From Spirochaetia bacterium (GTDB lineage Bacteria; Spirochaetota; Spirochaetia; SZUA-6; Bin103): a stretch of DNA of 64,000 nt. This document shows positions 37,253-46,165 of the stretch, piece by piece. Position 1 is the stretch's first letter, and every line of letters begins with the position of its first letter. The translations under genes and the position numbers were made by a program. The notes beneath the pieces were generated by a model that saw only the letters and a program-made list of their open reading frames with translations, did no database searches and was not told where the DNA came from. The DNA lies in the NCBI GenBank assembly GCA_965203515.1, contig OZ241907.1, positions 2,816,001-2,880,000 of the forward strand, read 5' to 3'.

Positions 37253-40200
37253 GCTGCGCGCGGCGGTGCGCGCTGCGCTCGCCGGCTTTGCCGACGCCGG
37301 CCGTCCGCTGCACCAAGCCGCCGGCGCTCTGCTCGGGGCGCTCGGCTATGACAGCGAGCGGACCGTGGAGGGTGACGGGGACGACGTCGCCGGGTTCGTC
37401 GCCGAGTTGGCGGCAGCGCGGGAGCTGTCCGACCGGGAGCGCGCGCTGCTGGCCGATTGGCGGGCCGCGCGGATCGTGTTCCAGCTCACCGATGAAGAGA
37501 TCGCCGGCCAGACCGGGCCGTTCGACCGGTTCGATAGGGAGCGCATCGAGTCGTTTCTGTTCATCGCGGTCGAGCTGGCGCCGCCGGAGGCCGACCGGCG
37601 CTACCCCCGCGCGCGGCTGGCCGACATGACGCGCGCCGTCAACCGGCGCTACCCGATGCCGGCCATCCTCCTGTTCCGGCACGGCGCGACCGTCACCCTG
37701 GCGGCGGTCGGTCGCCGCGCCCACCGGCGCGACGCCGAGCGGGACGTGCTGCAGCAGGTGACGCTGATCAAGGACATCCGCGTCTCTCATCCGCACCGCG
37801 CGCACCTCGACCTGCTGGCCGAGCTCGCCCTGCCGGGGCTGCGCGCGCGCCGGGGCGTACGGAGCTTCGAGCAGTTGCATCGGGAATGGGAGCGGGTGCT
37901 CGACGCCGAGGCGTTGAACCGGCGCTTCTACCGCGAGCTGTTCGCGTGGTTCGAGCAGGCGGTCGCCGCCTGCCGCTTCCCGGACGACGGCGCCGGTCCC
38001 GGCAATGCCGAGCGCCACGTGATCCGGCTGATCACCCGGCTGCTGTTCATCTGGTTCCTGAAGGAGAAGGGGCTGGTCCCGGAGGCGCTGTTCACCGAGC
38101 AGTTCGCCGCCGCCGCGCTCCGCAACCACGCGCCCGAACGCACCGACTACTACCGCGCGGTGCTGCAGAACCTGTTCTTCGCCACCCTCAACACCGAGCT
38201 CGGCAAGCGCTCGTTCAGCGCCCGCGACCGCGACAGCCACCGCGACTTCAGCAAGTACCGCTACCGCGCTCTGCTGCGCGACCCGGACGCCTTCCTGCGC
38301 CTGCTCCGACAGGTCCCGTTCGTCAACGGCGGGCTGTTCGACTGCCTGGATGACTACGAGGCGCGCGGCGCCGGCGGCCGGCGCGTCGACGCCTTCACCG
38401 ACAACATCGCCGACCAGGGCCGCGATCTGGCGGTGCCGGCGCGGCTGTTCTTCGCCGCCGAAGCGGGGCTGTTTCCGCTGTTCGGGCGCTACAAGTTCAC
38501 GGTCGAGGAGAACACGCCGCTCGATCAGGAGGTGGCGCTCGACCCGGAGTTGCTGGGGCGGGTGTTCGAGCATCTGCTGGCCGCCTACAACCCGGAGACG
38601 CGCGACACCGCCCGCAAGGTGACCGGCTCCTACTACACGCCGCGCCGCGTCGTCGACTACATGGTCGACGAGTCGCTGGCGGCGGCGCTGGCCGCGCGCG
38701 CCGAGCCGGCCGACCGGGACGCGGACTTCTGGCGCGAGCGGCTGCGCTATCTGCTCGACTACGCGGACGCCGCCGCCGATGCCGGCGAGTTGTTCGAGTC
38801 GGGCGAGCAGCGCGCGATCGTGCGCGCGATAGCCGGACTGCGGGTGTTGGACCCTGCGGTCGGTTCCGGCGCCTTCCCGATGGGGGTGCTGCACAAGCTG
38901 ACGCTGGCGCTGCGGCGGCTCGATCCCGACAATCGGCACTGGGAGGAGTACCAGCGGGAGCGCGCCAAGGACCGGGCGGGAGCGGCGTTCGACGACGTGG
39001 ACGACGAGCAGGCGCGCCGCCGGGAGCTGGCGGAGATCAGCCGCACGTTCGAGACCTACCGCCGGTCGGACTTCGGGCGCAAGCTCTATCTGATCCAGAA
39101 CGGCATCTTCGGCGTCGACGTGCAGCCGGTGGCGTGCCAGATCGCCAAGCTGCGCTTCTTCATCTCGCTGGTGGTCGAGCAGCGGACCACCGACGACCCG
39201 CGTGACAACTACGGCATCCGCCCGCTGCCCAACCTGGAGAGCCGCTTCGTGGCCGCCGACACGCTGCTCGGTCTGGAGGCCGGCGACGGCAGCGACAACC
39301 TGCTCATGGGGCAGGAGGTGATCCGCCCGATCGAAGCCCATCTGCGCCGGGTGCGGGAAGGGTACTTCAACGCGCGGACGCGGCAGGAGAAGCTCAGCTT
39401 GCGCGCCAAGGACGACGAGTTGCGCGGCGCGCTGGCGCGCGAGCTCGAGGACCTGGGCTATCCGCACGAGGCGGCGGCGGCGGTCGCCCGCTGGGACCCG
39501 TACCACCAGAACGCGAGCGCCGCCTGGTTCGATCCGGAGTGGATGTTCGGCATCGCCGACGGGTTCGACGTGGTGATCGGCAATCCGCCCTACGTGCGGG
39601 GCGAGAAGATTCCGGCCAAGGCGCGCCTGCGCGCGGCCTACGGCGGCTTCTACCGGGGGACGGCCGACCTGTATACCTACTTCTTCCGCAGGGGCATCGA
39701 CCTGCTGCGGCCCGGCGGCCTGCTCTGCTTCATCACCTCCAACAAGTTCATGCGCGCCGACTACGGGCGGCCGCTGCGCCAGTTCCTGACGGAGAAGGCC
39801 GCGCCGCGCCTGCTGCTCGACCTGGGCCGCACCGGCACCTTCGACGCCACCGTGCGCCCGTGCGTGCTGCTGGCCGGCGCTGCGGCGGCCGACCGCGGGG
39901 CGGTGCGCGCGGCCACCGTGCGCGGGCCGGCGGGCGCACCGGACCCGGCGGCGTTCATCGAGCGGCACGGCTTCGACATGGCGGTAGCGGACTTGGCGGA
40001 CGCCGGCTGGTCCCTGGCGCCGCCGGCATGGCAGCGCCTGCGCGCCAGGATCGAGGCCGCCGGCCGGCCGCTCGGCGAATACGTGAAGGCGAACGGCGGC
40101 GGCATCTACTACGGCATCAAGACCGGCCTGAACGACGCCTTCGTCATCGACGCGGAGACCCGCGCCCGCTTGATCGCCGACGATCCGAACAGCGCCGAGC

Positions 40201-40904
40201 TGATCCGCCCATGGTTGCGCGGCAAGGACGTGCGCCGCTGGCGCGCGGACTGGGCGGACCGGTATGCCATCGCCATCGCCAGCAGCGCCAATATCGAATG
40301 GCCGTGGTCCGCGGCGCAGCGCGAAGCCGACGCCCTCGCCATCTTCAAGCGGAGGTACCGCGCCGTGCACGATCACTTGGCGCCGTTTGCCACCCGACTC
40401 CGACGCCGGCAGGACAAAGGCACGTTCTTCTGGGAACTACGCTCGTGCGTCTACTACCGCGCCTTCGACCAGCCCAAGATCGTCTACCCTGTGATTGGAC
40501 GGGAACTGAGGGCGCTTATCGACCGGGAAGGTCGTCTGGCGAACGACAAGTGCTTCCTGATTCCCGGCGGCGACTGCTACCTGCTGGCGTTGCTGAACTC
40601 GAAGCTGCTGGACTTCTACTTTCGCCTTGCCATGCCCTGCCTGGACGATCCATTCAGCGGCGGCGACATGGAGTTCCGTGCCGTCTTCATGGAGCACACC
40701 CCCATCGCGCCCGCCGCCGAGCCGACCAGGCAAACGCTCGCCGCCCTCGCCGAGCAGATCCAAACCGCCAAGCAGGCCGACCCCGCCGCCGACGCCACCG
40801 CCCTCCAACAGCGCCTCGACCGGACCGTCTACGACCTCTACGGCCTCACCGCACCGGACATCGCCATCCTCGAAGCCGCCCTGCCCGGAGCGCCCTCCGT
40901 TTGA
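37245..40904 (+). CDS. Eco57I/Type IIG-like N6-adenine DNA methyltransferase with TaqI-C-like target recognition domain
   Basis: NGGLF, LGRVFE, GSYYTP, DPAVGSGAF, IGNPPY, GIKTGLN, WELR, LLNS, YDLYGLT; overlaps the helicase stop. Confidence 0.9.
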   Translation: MAELRAAVRAALAGFADAGRPLHQAAGALLGALGYDSERTVEGDGDDVAGFVAELAAARELSDRERALLADWRAARIVFQLTDEEIAGQTGPFDRFDRERIESFLFIAVELAPPEADRRYPRARLADMTRAVNRRYPMPAILLFRHGATVTLAAVGRRAHRRDAERDVLQQVTLIKDIRVSHPHRAHLDLLAELALPGLRARRGVRSFEQLHREWERVLDAEALNRRFYRELFAWFEQAVAACRFPDDGAGPGNAERHVIRLITRLLFIWFLKEKGLVPEALFTEQFAAAALRNHAPERTDYYRAVLQNLFFATLNTELGKRSFSARDRDSHRDFSKYRYRALLRDPDAFLRLLRQVPFVNGGLFDCLDDYEARGAGGRRVDAFTDNIADQGRDLAVPARLFFAAEAGLFPLFGRYKFTVEENTPLDQEVALDPELLGRVFEHLLAAYNPETRDTARKVTGSYYTPRRVVDYMVDESLAAALAARAEPADRDADFWRERLRYLLDYADAAADAGELFESGEQRAIVRAIAGLRVLDPAVGSGAFPMGVLHKLTLALRRLDPDNRHWEEYQRERAKDRAGAAFDDVDDEQARRRELAEISRTFETYRRSDFGRKLYLIQNGIFGVDVQPVACQIAKLRFFISLVVEQRTTDDPRDNYGIRPLPNLESRFVAADTLLGLEAGDGSDNLLMGQEVIRPIEAHLRRVREGYFNARTRQEKLSLRAKDDELRGALARELEDLGYPHEAAAAVARWDPYHQNASAAWFDPEWMFGIADGFDVVIGNPPYVRGEKIPAKARLRAAYGGFYRGTADLYTYFFRRGIDLLRPGGLLCFITSNKFMRADYGRPLRQFLTEKAAPRLLLDLGRTGTFDATVRPCVLLAGAAAADRGAVRAATVRGPAGAPDPAAFIERHGFDMAVADLADAGWSLAPPAWQRLRARIEAAGRPLGEYVKANGGGIYYGIKTGLNDAFVIDAETRARLIADDPNSAELIRPWLRGKDVRRWRADWADRYAIAIASSANIEWPWSAAQREADALAIFKRRYRAVHDHLAPFATRLRRRQDKGTFFWELRSCVYYRAFDQPKIVYPVIGRELRALIDREGRLANDKCFLIPGGDCYLLALLNSKLLDFYFRLAMPCLDDPFSGGDMEFRAVFMEHTPIAPAAEPTRQTLAALAEQIQTAKQADPAADATALQQRLDRTVYDLYGLTAPDIAILEAALPGAPSV

Positions 40905-41921
40905 TCACGGGCCAGTATCGCTTCGGACCGGCCCCTCGCCGATAAGCGCCAGGATTCGGTTCTTCAGTTTCGTGCGCAGCTCCTCCGGCCGGCTCCAGGC
41001 AGTGTGGTGATATTGCCGCGTGTCGAAGTGTATCTGGTCGATTGCATCTTCCCGACACGTATGAATGACCGGTATATTCAACCCGAACGCGAACCCTGCC
41101 TCGAAGTAGACGCCGCCTCTCGCGCCGCCTTCACCGTGGGTGAAATCAGCTACCAGAAACCGCGAACGTCTGATCCCGGCGATGATCTCATCGTCGATCT
41201 TGGTGACATCCGGCTTCCGGTCGATCCGCACGGGTCGGTATCCGGCGTCTCGAATAGCAGGCTCGATTCCGTTGCTGTAAACGTCGTTCATCTCGTCATC
41301 GAACCACATCGCCACGAACGCCTGCGCCGAATCAAGATTGGTCTTGACCTCCGCAAGCCGGCGATACCCGTCAACCGTCACAATACATACACATAATTTA
41401 TGCAGACTCTTGATCCAGCGCTGCTGATCATCTCTCAGATAACCCAGTAAATAATCAATTTCACCTGCCGAAGTCGACTCTGACCACGCCATCGCTTGCA
41501 TATAAATGTCCGTCGGCGGAGCCATGGAATCAAGCGTTACAGCGTCACCTATCGACTTCGACTGCTTCCCGATGAACCTGAGAAGTCTCTGGACGCGTTC
41601 GTCCACGTCCAGCGGCCGTGCTCTACGAGCGCGTTCGATCAGATCCTTGGTAACTTCCGGCACATACGCTTCATCGTTCTGGTTCCGCAAATCGACAAGC
41701 AGAGTCGTCAGACGCGCCCTTACGTCTTCATCAAGGCCGTGAAGTTCTACTACCGGCAATGGTGGGTCATCTTTGACGCTATACAATCCTCCTGCTCGTG
41801 GCGAATCCACTTTCCAGCGCAGATAAAATCCTCCACGTCTATCACCGACAGGGCTGTAATCAACATTTGCCGGACTGTCCGTCCATATCAGGCATCTCTC
41901 GACTTTCTCGTTCTCCGACAT
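40905..41921 (-). CDS. Protein with C-terminal nucleoside 2-deoxyribosyltransferase/TIR-like domain
   Basis: AFVAMWF, IDDEII..IRRSRFLVADFT, GGVYFEAGFA, HFD; strong AGGAGG RBS; lower GC. Confidence 0.7.
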   Translation of the reverse strand: MSENEKVERCLIWTDSPANVDYSPVGDRRGGFYLRWKVDSPRAGGLYSVKDDPPLPVVELHGLDEDVRARLTTLLVDLRNQNDEAYVPEVTKDLIERARRARPLDVDERVQRLLRFIGKQSKSIGDAVTLDSMAPPTDIYMQAMAWSESTSAGEIDYLLGYLRDDQQRWIKSLHKLCVCIVTVDGYRRLAEVKTNLDSAQAFVAMWFDDEMNDVYSNGIEPAIRDAGYRPVRIDRKPDVTKIDDEIIAGIRRSRFLVADFTHGEGGARGGVYFEAGFAFGLNIPVIHTCREDAIDQIHFDTRQYHHTAWSRPEELRTKLKNRILALIGEGPVRSDTGP

Positions 41922-42033
41922 TCAACCTCCTGAATACCAACGGCGAGCATGGGATCCTTGCGTCTCCAGAACTAATCGCTTGCTTGACGGAGGTGCCGTT
42001 GCGTTGAAGAAAGCGCAACTACTCGCTGAACGT

Positions 42034-42975
42034 TTACCGTGCGTTCCGGGCGGATACGGCGTCACGGTTGCGTACCTGCATCGTCTCCTCGCCCATCGAC
42101 ACCGCATAGATGCCGTTCCGAGTCAGATAGGTGATCACATCGTCCGGCAGGCGTAGCGACGAGAATACCGCCACCAACGGCAGCTCCCGGTACTCCGGAA
42201 AGTAGAGCCCGAACTCCCCGCTCTTCAGAAACTCCACGAATTTTTTCGCGTACTCGCTCAGCGCGGTCGACTTGGTCTCATTGAGCAGCACCGCCTGCGT
42301 CCCCACGTAGAGCGCGTCGAACTCGCGCCGGCAGTGCGGATCGTCGCTGCGAACGCGGGACATGGTGACGCTGAACGAGCGTTCGTCGCCGCAGCCCAGT
42401 TCGTCGCGCGCGATACGCCGCAGGCTGGGGGCCACGATGTCCTGCACGACGGTGCCCATCTTGTTGGCCAGCTCGCCCCAGCGCCGATTCATCGCTTTCC
42501 GATCTCGGGCCGCCTCCGCGCGGTCCTCAGCGCGGTTACGGGCCGCCTCCGCGCGGTCCTCCTCACGGGCTCGGGCCGCCTCCTCACGGGCTCGGGCCAC
42601 CTCCGCGCGGTCCTCCTCACGGGCTCGGGCCGCCTCCTCACGGTCACGGGCCACCTCCGCGCGGTCCTCCTCACGGGCTCGGGCCGCCTCCTCACGGTCA
42701 CGGGCCACCTCCGCGCGGTCCTCCTCACGGGCTCGGGCCGCCTCCACGCGGTAACGGGCCGCCTCCGCGCGGTAACGGGCCGCCTCCGCGCGGTCCTCCG
42801 CGCGGGCTCGGGCCGCCTCCTCACGGGCTCGGGCTCCCTCCGCCTTCAGCTCCTCGATGGCGTGCTCGATGCTGCGCAGGGAAGCCGCGTTCTGCTCCAT
42901 GAACCGTTCGAACAACAGCTCCAGGCGATCGGTCCTGTCTTCCAGCACCGCCGTCCGCTCTTCGAGAGTACTCAC
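42034..42975 (-). CDS. Coiled-coil repeat plus PD-(D/E)XK nuclease-like protein (DUF3782-like), copy A
   Basis: Long AAR(A/D/Y)REE(DRAE) repeats, WGELANKMGTVVQDIVAP, REFDAL...NETKST. Confidence 0.8.
   Translation of the reverse strand: MSTLEERTAVLEDRTDRLELLFERFMEQNAASLRSIEHAIEELKAEGARAREEAARARAEDRAEAARYRAEAARYRVEAARAREEDRAEVARDREEAARAREEDRAEVARDREEAARAREEDRAEVARAREEAARAREEDRAEAARNRAEDRAEAARDRKAMNRRWGELANKMGTVVQDIVAPSLRRIARDELGCGDERSFSVTMSRVRSDDPHCRREFDALYVGTQAVLLNETKSTALSEYAKKFVEFLKSGEFGLYFPEYRELPLVAVFSSLRLPDDVITYLTRNGIYAVSMGEETMQVRNRDAVSARNAR
42506..42836. repeat. Mixed 21-bp/33-bp tandem repeat tract encoding heptad/hendecad coiled coil
   Basis: Reiterated gggccgcctcctcacgggctc and gggccacctccgcgcggtcctcctcac units. 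Confidence 0.85.
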
Positions 42976-43071
42976 CGCATGACCACCTGTTCGGCACAGC
43001 ATACGTCCCTACGCGGTAGGCGGCAACCAGCGCGGGCGGTCGTAGGGCGTTCGTCTAGCCGGCGCGGGCCG

Positions 43072-43722
43072 TCACCTGTCCGGCGGCGTACGCTTCCGGG
43101 CGGATACGGCGTCACGGTTGCGGACCTGCATCGTCTCCTCGCCCATCGACACCGCATAGATGCCGTTCCGCGTCAGATAGGTGATCACGTCGTCCGGCAG
43201 GCGCAGCGACGAGAATACCGCCACCAGGGGCAGCTCCCGGTACTCCGGGAAGTAGAGCCCGAACTCCCCGCTCTTCAGAAACTCGACGAATTCTTTCGCG
43301 TACTCGCTCAGCGCGGTCGACTTGGTCTCATTGAGCAGCACCGCCTGCGTCCCCACGTAGAGCGCGTCGAACTCGCGCCGGCAGTGCGGATCGTCGCTGC
43401 GGACGCGGGACATGGTGACGCTGAAGGAGCGTTCGTCGCCGCAGCCCAATTCGTCACGCGCGATACGCCGCAGGCTGGGGGCCACGATGTCCTGCACGAC
43501 GGTACCCATCTTGTTGGCCAGCTGGCCCCAGCGCCGATTCATCGCTTTCCGATCTCGGGCCGCCTCAGCGCGGTCACGGGCCACCTCCGCGCGGTCCTCC
43601 TCACGGGCTCGGGCCGCCTCCGCACGATCCCGGGCCGCCTCCGCCATGAACCGTTCGAGCAACAGTTCCAGGCGATCGGTCCTGTCCTCCAGCACCGCCG
43701 TCCGCTCTTCGAGAGTACTCAC
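43072..43722 (-). CDS. Coiled-coil plus PD-(D/E)XK nuclease-like protein, copy B (short repeat tract)
   Basis: Near-identical to copy A outside the repeat tract, including ~70 bp upstream. Confidence 0.8.
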   Translation of the reverse strand: MSTLEERTAVLEDRTDRLELLLERFMAEAARDRAEAARAREEDRAEVARDRAEAARDRKAMNRRWGQLANKMGTVVQDIVAPSLRRIARDELGCGDERSFSVTMSRVRSDDPHCRREFDALYVGTQAVLLNETKSTALSEYAKEFVEFLKSGEFGLYFPEYRELPLVAVFSSLRLPDDVITYLTRNGIYAVSMGEETMQVRNRDAVSARKRTPPDR

Positions 43723-44051
43723 CGCATGACCACCTGTTCGGCACAGCATACGTCCCTACGCGGTAGGCGGCAACCAGCGCGGGCGGTCGTAGGGCCAACA
43801 CCAAGTGGGCACGGCGGTCGTTCCGGGCGTACTACGGGCCTACCGACGTTCTGCGGGCGGTTCCGGAGCCGTCCACGAACTGAACGGCGGCTTGCCAGTC
43901 GATCAGCTTGCGGGCGGCGACCGCTGGCTCCGGGTGGGCGTGGCGTCGGCAGCGCTCATGCCGGCCATGCTGTCGCAAGATTTGTGCCGCGCATAGTCGG
44001 CGGTGATCTCCACCTACGCAGCGGCACCGGCCTTCCTCCCCGGCCCCCCGC

Positions 44052-44220
44052 CGGATACGGCGTCACGGTTGCGGACCTGCATCGTCTCCTCGCCCATCGA
44101 CACCGCATAGATGCCGTTCCGCGTCAGATAGGGGCCACATCGTCGGGCGGACGCGGGACAGGGGTGCTGAAGGAGAGCTCGTCGCCGCAGCCCAATTCAT
44201 CACGCGCGATACGCCGCAGG
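44052..44220 (-). pseudogene. Internally deleted remnant of the same nuclease gene (copy C)
   Basis: cggatacggcgtcacggttgcggacctgcatcg...gtcagatagg matches the 3' end, followed by a degraded tcgtcgccgcagcccaattc..cacgcgcgatacgccgcagg. Confidence 0.8.
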
Positions 44221-44249
44221 TTGACAGCATCTCCTCCATTGGTTATCAT
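44221..44249 (+). promoter_or_regulatory. Sigma70-like promoter of the McrBC-like operon
   Basis: TTGACA, 17 bp, TATCAT. Confidence 0.7.
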
Positions 44250-44310
44250 CAAAGCGAAAAGCGATGATCACAAAAACGATAATCATCTCAGAGACGGAGG
44301 CAGCACGCAA

Positions 44311-44463
44311 ATGAGCGCGAAGGATCATTGTACCGGACTCAGCAAGCACTTCAAACTTGGGTCCGCCAGACAAGTGATCGGCCGCAGACGGTATCGCGTG
44401 GCCGATTTAGAGCGGCTCGCTCGCCGTCTCGAACATCGAGTAGAGCATGGAGAAGCGTCATGA
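44311..44463 (+). CDS. Putative 50-aa ORF, possibly an excisionase/HTH-like remnant, coupled to mcrB
   Basis: GGAGG RBS, ATG 44311, GRRRYRVADLERL segment, ATGA overlap with mcrB start. Confidence 0.4.
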   Translation: MSAKDHCTGLSKHFKLGSARQVIGRRRYRVADLERLARRLEHRVEHGEAS

Positions 44464-46151
44464 CGAAGTTCGACTTGAAGACAACGGAGGGTCTCCATGA
44501 CGCTTGCCGAGAGGCCGAGCGGCGGCTCGACGAGTCCCCGAAGATGGTCGAAAAGATCGCGGATATCGCGGAATTTCTGCAGAAAGTGCAGGAAACGCCG
44601 GCCGAGGAGCGCGCGAGCGAGGAATTTCAGCGCCTCATCTGGGAACAGAATCCTCTCTACGATTTAACATACAACCATCTTTTAAGGCCCGGTCTCGATG
44701 CAGCGCTGACCGATCAGAAGTTCCGTGGATGGTTCCGCGACATTACCGATGGTCCTCCGGAAGACGTCCAGGGAAGGGCCACTTGGCTGGATGAACGCAT
44801 GCGCGAGGTAAGGGGACGCGTGTGGCCAGACAAGCCGCACGGATCGCCAGTCATAACCACGCGCGCCTTCTCCGTGCTATTCCCGTACGACTTTGCGGCG
44901 CACAAGAGACCGGGACGAACAGAGCATCTGTACGAAATCCTGAGTGGAAACAAGGACGACTCACATGACGCGCAAGTGAATCGGTGGCTCCTGGACCACA
45001 TAGAACGCGCGGTCGGCCAAGTGGATCGCGCCGACTGGAACGCCGTGGCCCGGCGTATGCTGCTACTCGATGTCCTGGTCGAGATCCACGGCGAGCAAGC
45101 CATTGTCCCCGCTTCCGCGTCTACCGACGGCGGTAGCGCGGACAATCTCGAGCAGCCCGATCTCGGTCGGATAACCGAGCACTTCGAGTCGGTCCGGGAG
45201 GCCGGCCGGCTCATCTTCGAGCGCGATGCGGTGGAAGCGCTTCACCTCGGCCTCTGGGCGCATGAACGGCGCCACTTCGCGGTGCTCACCGGGCTCTCCG
45301 GCACCGGCAAGACCCGACTCGCCATAGAATACGCCACGGCGCTGACCGGACCGACCGACACGTCGAACGATCGCCTCTGCACAATCGCGGTGCAGCCCGG
45401 CTGGCACGACCCGACGCCGCTGCTCGGCTACGTCAACCCGCTCGGCGGGAACCGGTACACGGCGACCGAGTTCGTGCGGTTCCTGATGCGGGCGGCCAAG
45501 AACGATTCCCTGCCGCACGTCTGCGTGCTCGACGAGATGAATCTATCGCACCCCGAGCAGTACCTGGCGCCGATCCTCAGCGCGATGGAGCTCGATGACG
45601 GCCGGATCGAGTTGCACGGCGAGGATGCCGGAGATTCCGGCATCCCGCCGAGTATTCGGTATCCGGGCAACCTCGTGCTCATCGGCACGGTGAACATGGA
45701 CGAGACGACCATGGGCATATCCGACAAGGTGCTCGACCGCGCGTTCACGCTGGAGTTCTGGGACGTGAAGGTGGACCGGTGGCCGGGTTGGGCCGGCAGT
45801 CCGCTGGACGATCAGGACAGGGAGTCGGTCAAGGAAGTCCTCATGCTCATCATGGCTGCGCTGAGCCCGGCGCGGCTGCACTTTGGCTGGCGAGTGATCG
45901 AGGAGGTAGTGCGGTTCATGGAGCAGCGGCAGTCACAGAGGGCCGACCTTTCGGTGGAGGCAGCGCTGGACCGGGTGCTGTACGCGAAGGTGCTGCCGAA
46001 GCTGCGCGGCGACGATGCTCCGCGGGTGCGGACCGCGCTCGACGGCTGCAAGGCCGCCCTTGCGGAACGGAATCTCAGTCTCTCCGCCGCCAAGGTCGAG
46101 GAACTGATCGGCGACCTGGATCAACTCGGCAGCTTCCGGTTCTGGCGTTAG
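44460..46151 (+). CDS. mcrB: McrB-like AAA+ GTPase
   Basis: GLSGTGKT, VQPGW.D...LLGY.NP, LDEMNL, GTVNMDETT, KVLDRA, KVLPKLRG. Confidence 0.88.
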   Translation: MTKFDLKTTEGLHDACREAERRLDESPKMVEKIADIAEFLQKVQETPAEERASEEFQRLIWEQNPLYDLTYNHLLRPGLDAALTDQKFRGWFRDITDGPPEDVQGRATWLDERMREVRGRVWPDKPHGSPVITTRAFSVLFPYDFAAHKRPGRTEHLYEILSGNKDDSHDAQVNRWLLDHIERAVGQVDRADWNAVARRMLLLDVLVEIHGEQAIVPASASTDGGSADNLEQPDLGRITEHFESVREAGRLIFERDAVEALHLGLWAHERRHFAVLTGLSGTGKTRLAIEYATALTGPTDTSNDRLCTIAVQPGWHDPTPLLGYVNPLGGNRYTATEFVRFLMRAAKNDSLPHVCVLDEMNLSHPEQYLAPILSAMELDDGRIELHGEDAGDSGIPPSIRYPGNLVLIGTVNMDETTMGISDKVLDRAFTLEFWDVKVDRWPGWAGSPLDDQDRESVKEVLMLIMAALSPARLHFGWRVIEEVVRFMEQRQSQRADLSVEAALDRVLYAKVLPKLRGDDAPRVRTALDGCKAALAERNLSLSAAKVEELIGDLDQLGSFRFWR

Positions 46152-46165
46152 GTTAGGTTAGAGAC

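Noticed and set aside
33707..40376. Very long minus-strand ORFs (1134 aa and 1067 aa)
   Set aside because: Antisense shadows of the helicase and MTase genes, expected in high-GC DNA; no motifs
42034..44220. Diversity-generating retroelement or IS element explaining the near-identical copies
   Set aside because: No reverse transcriptase or transposase, differences are not adenine-specific, and no terminal inverted repeats or target duplications were seen
42334..44310. 709-aa plus-strand repetitive ORF
   Set aside because: Antisense of the repeat-nuclease genes; only the last 50 codons have an RBS and are kept as a candidate
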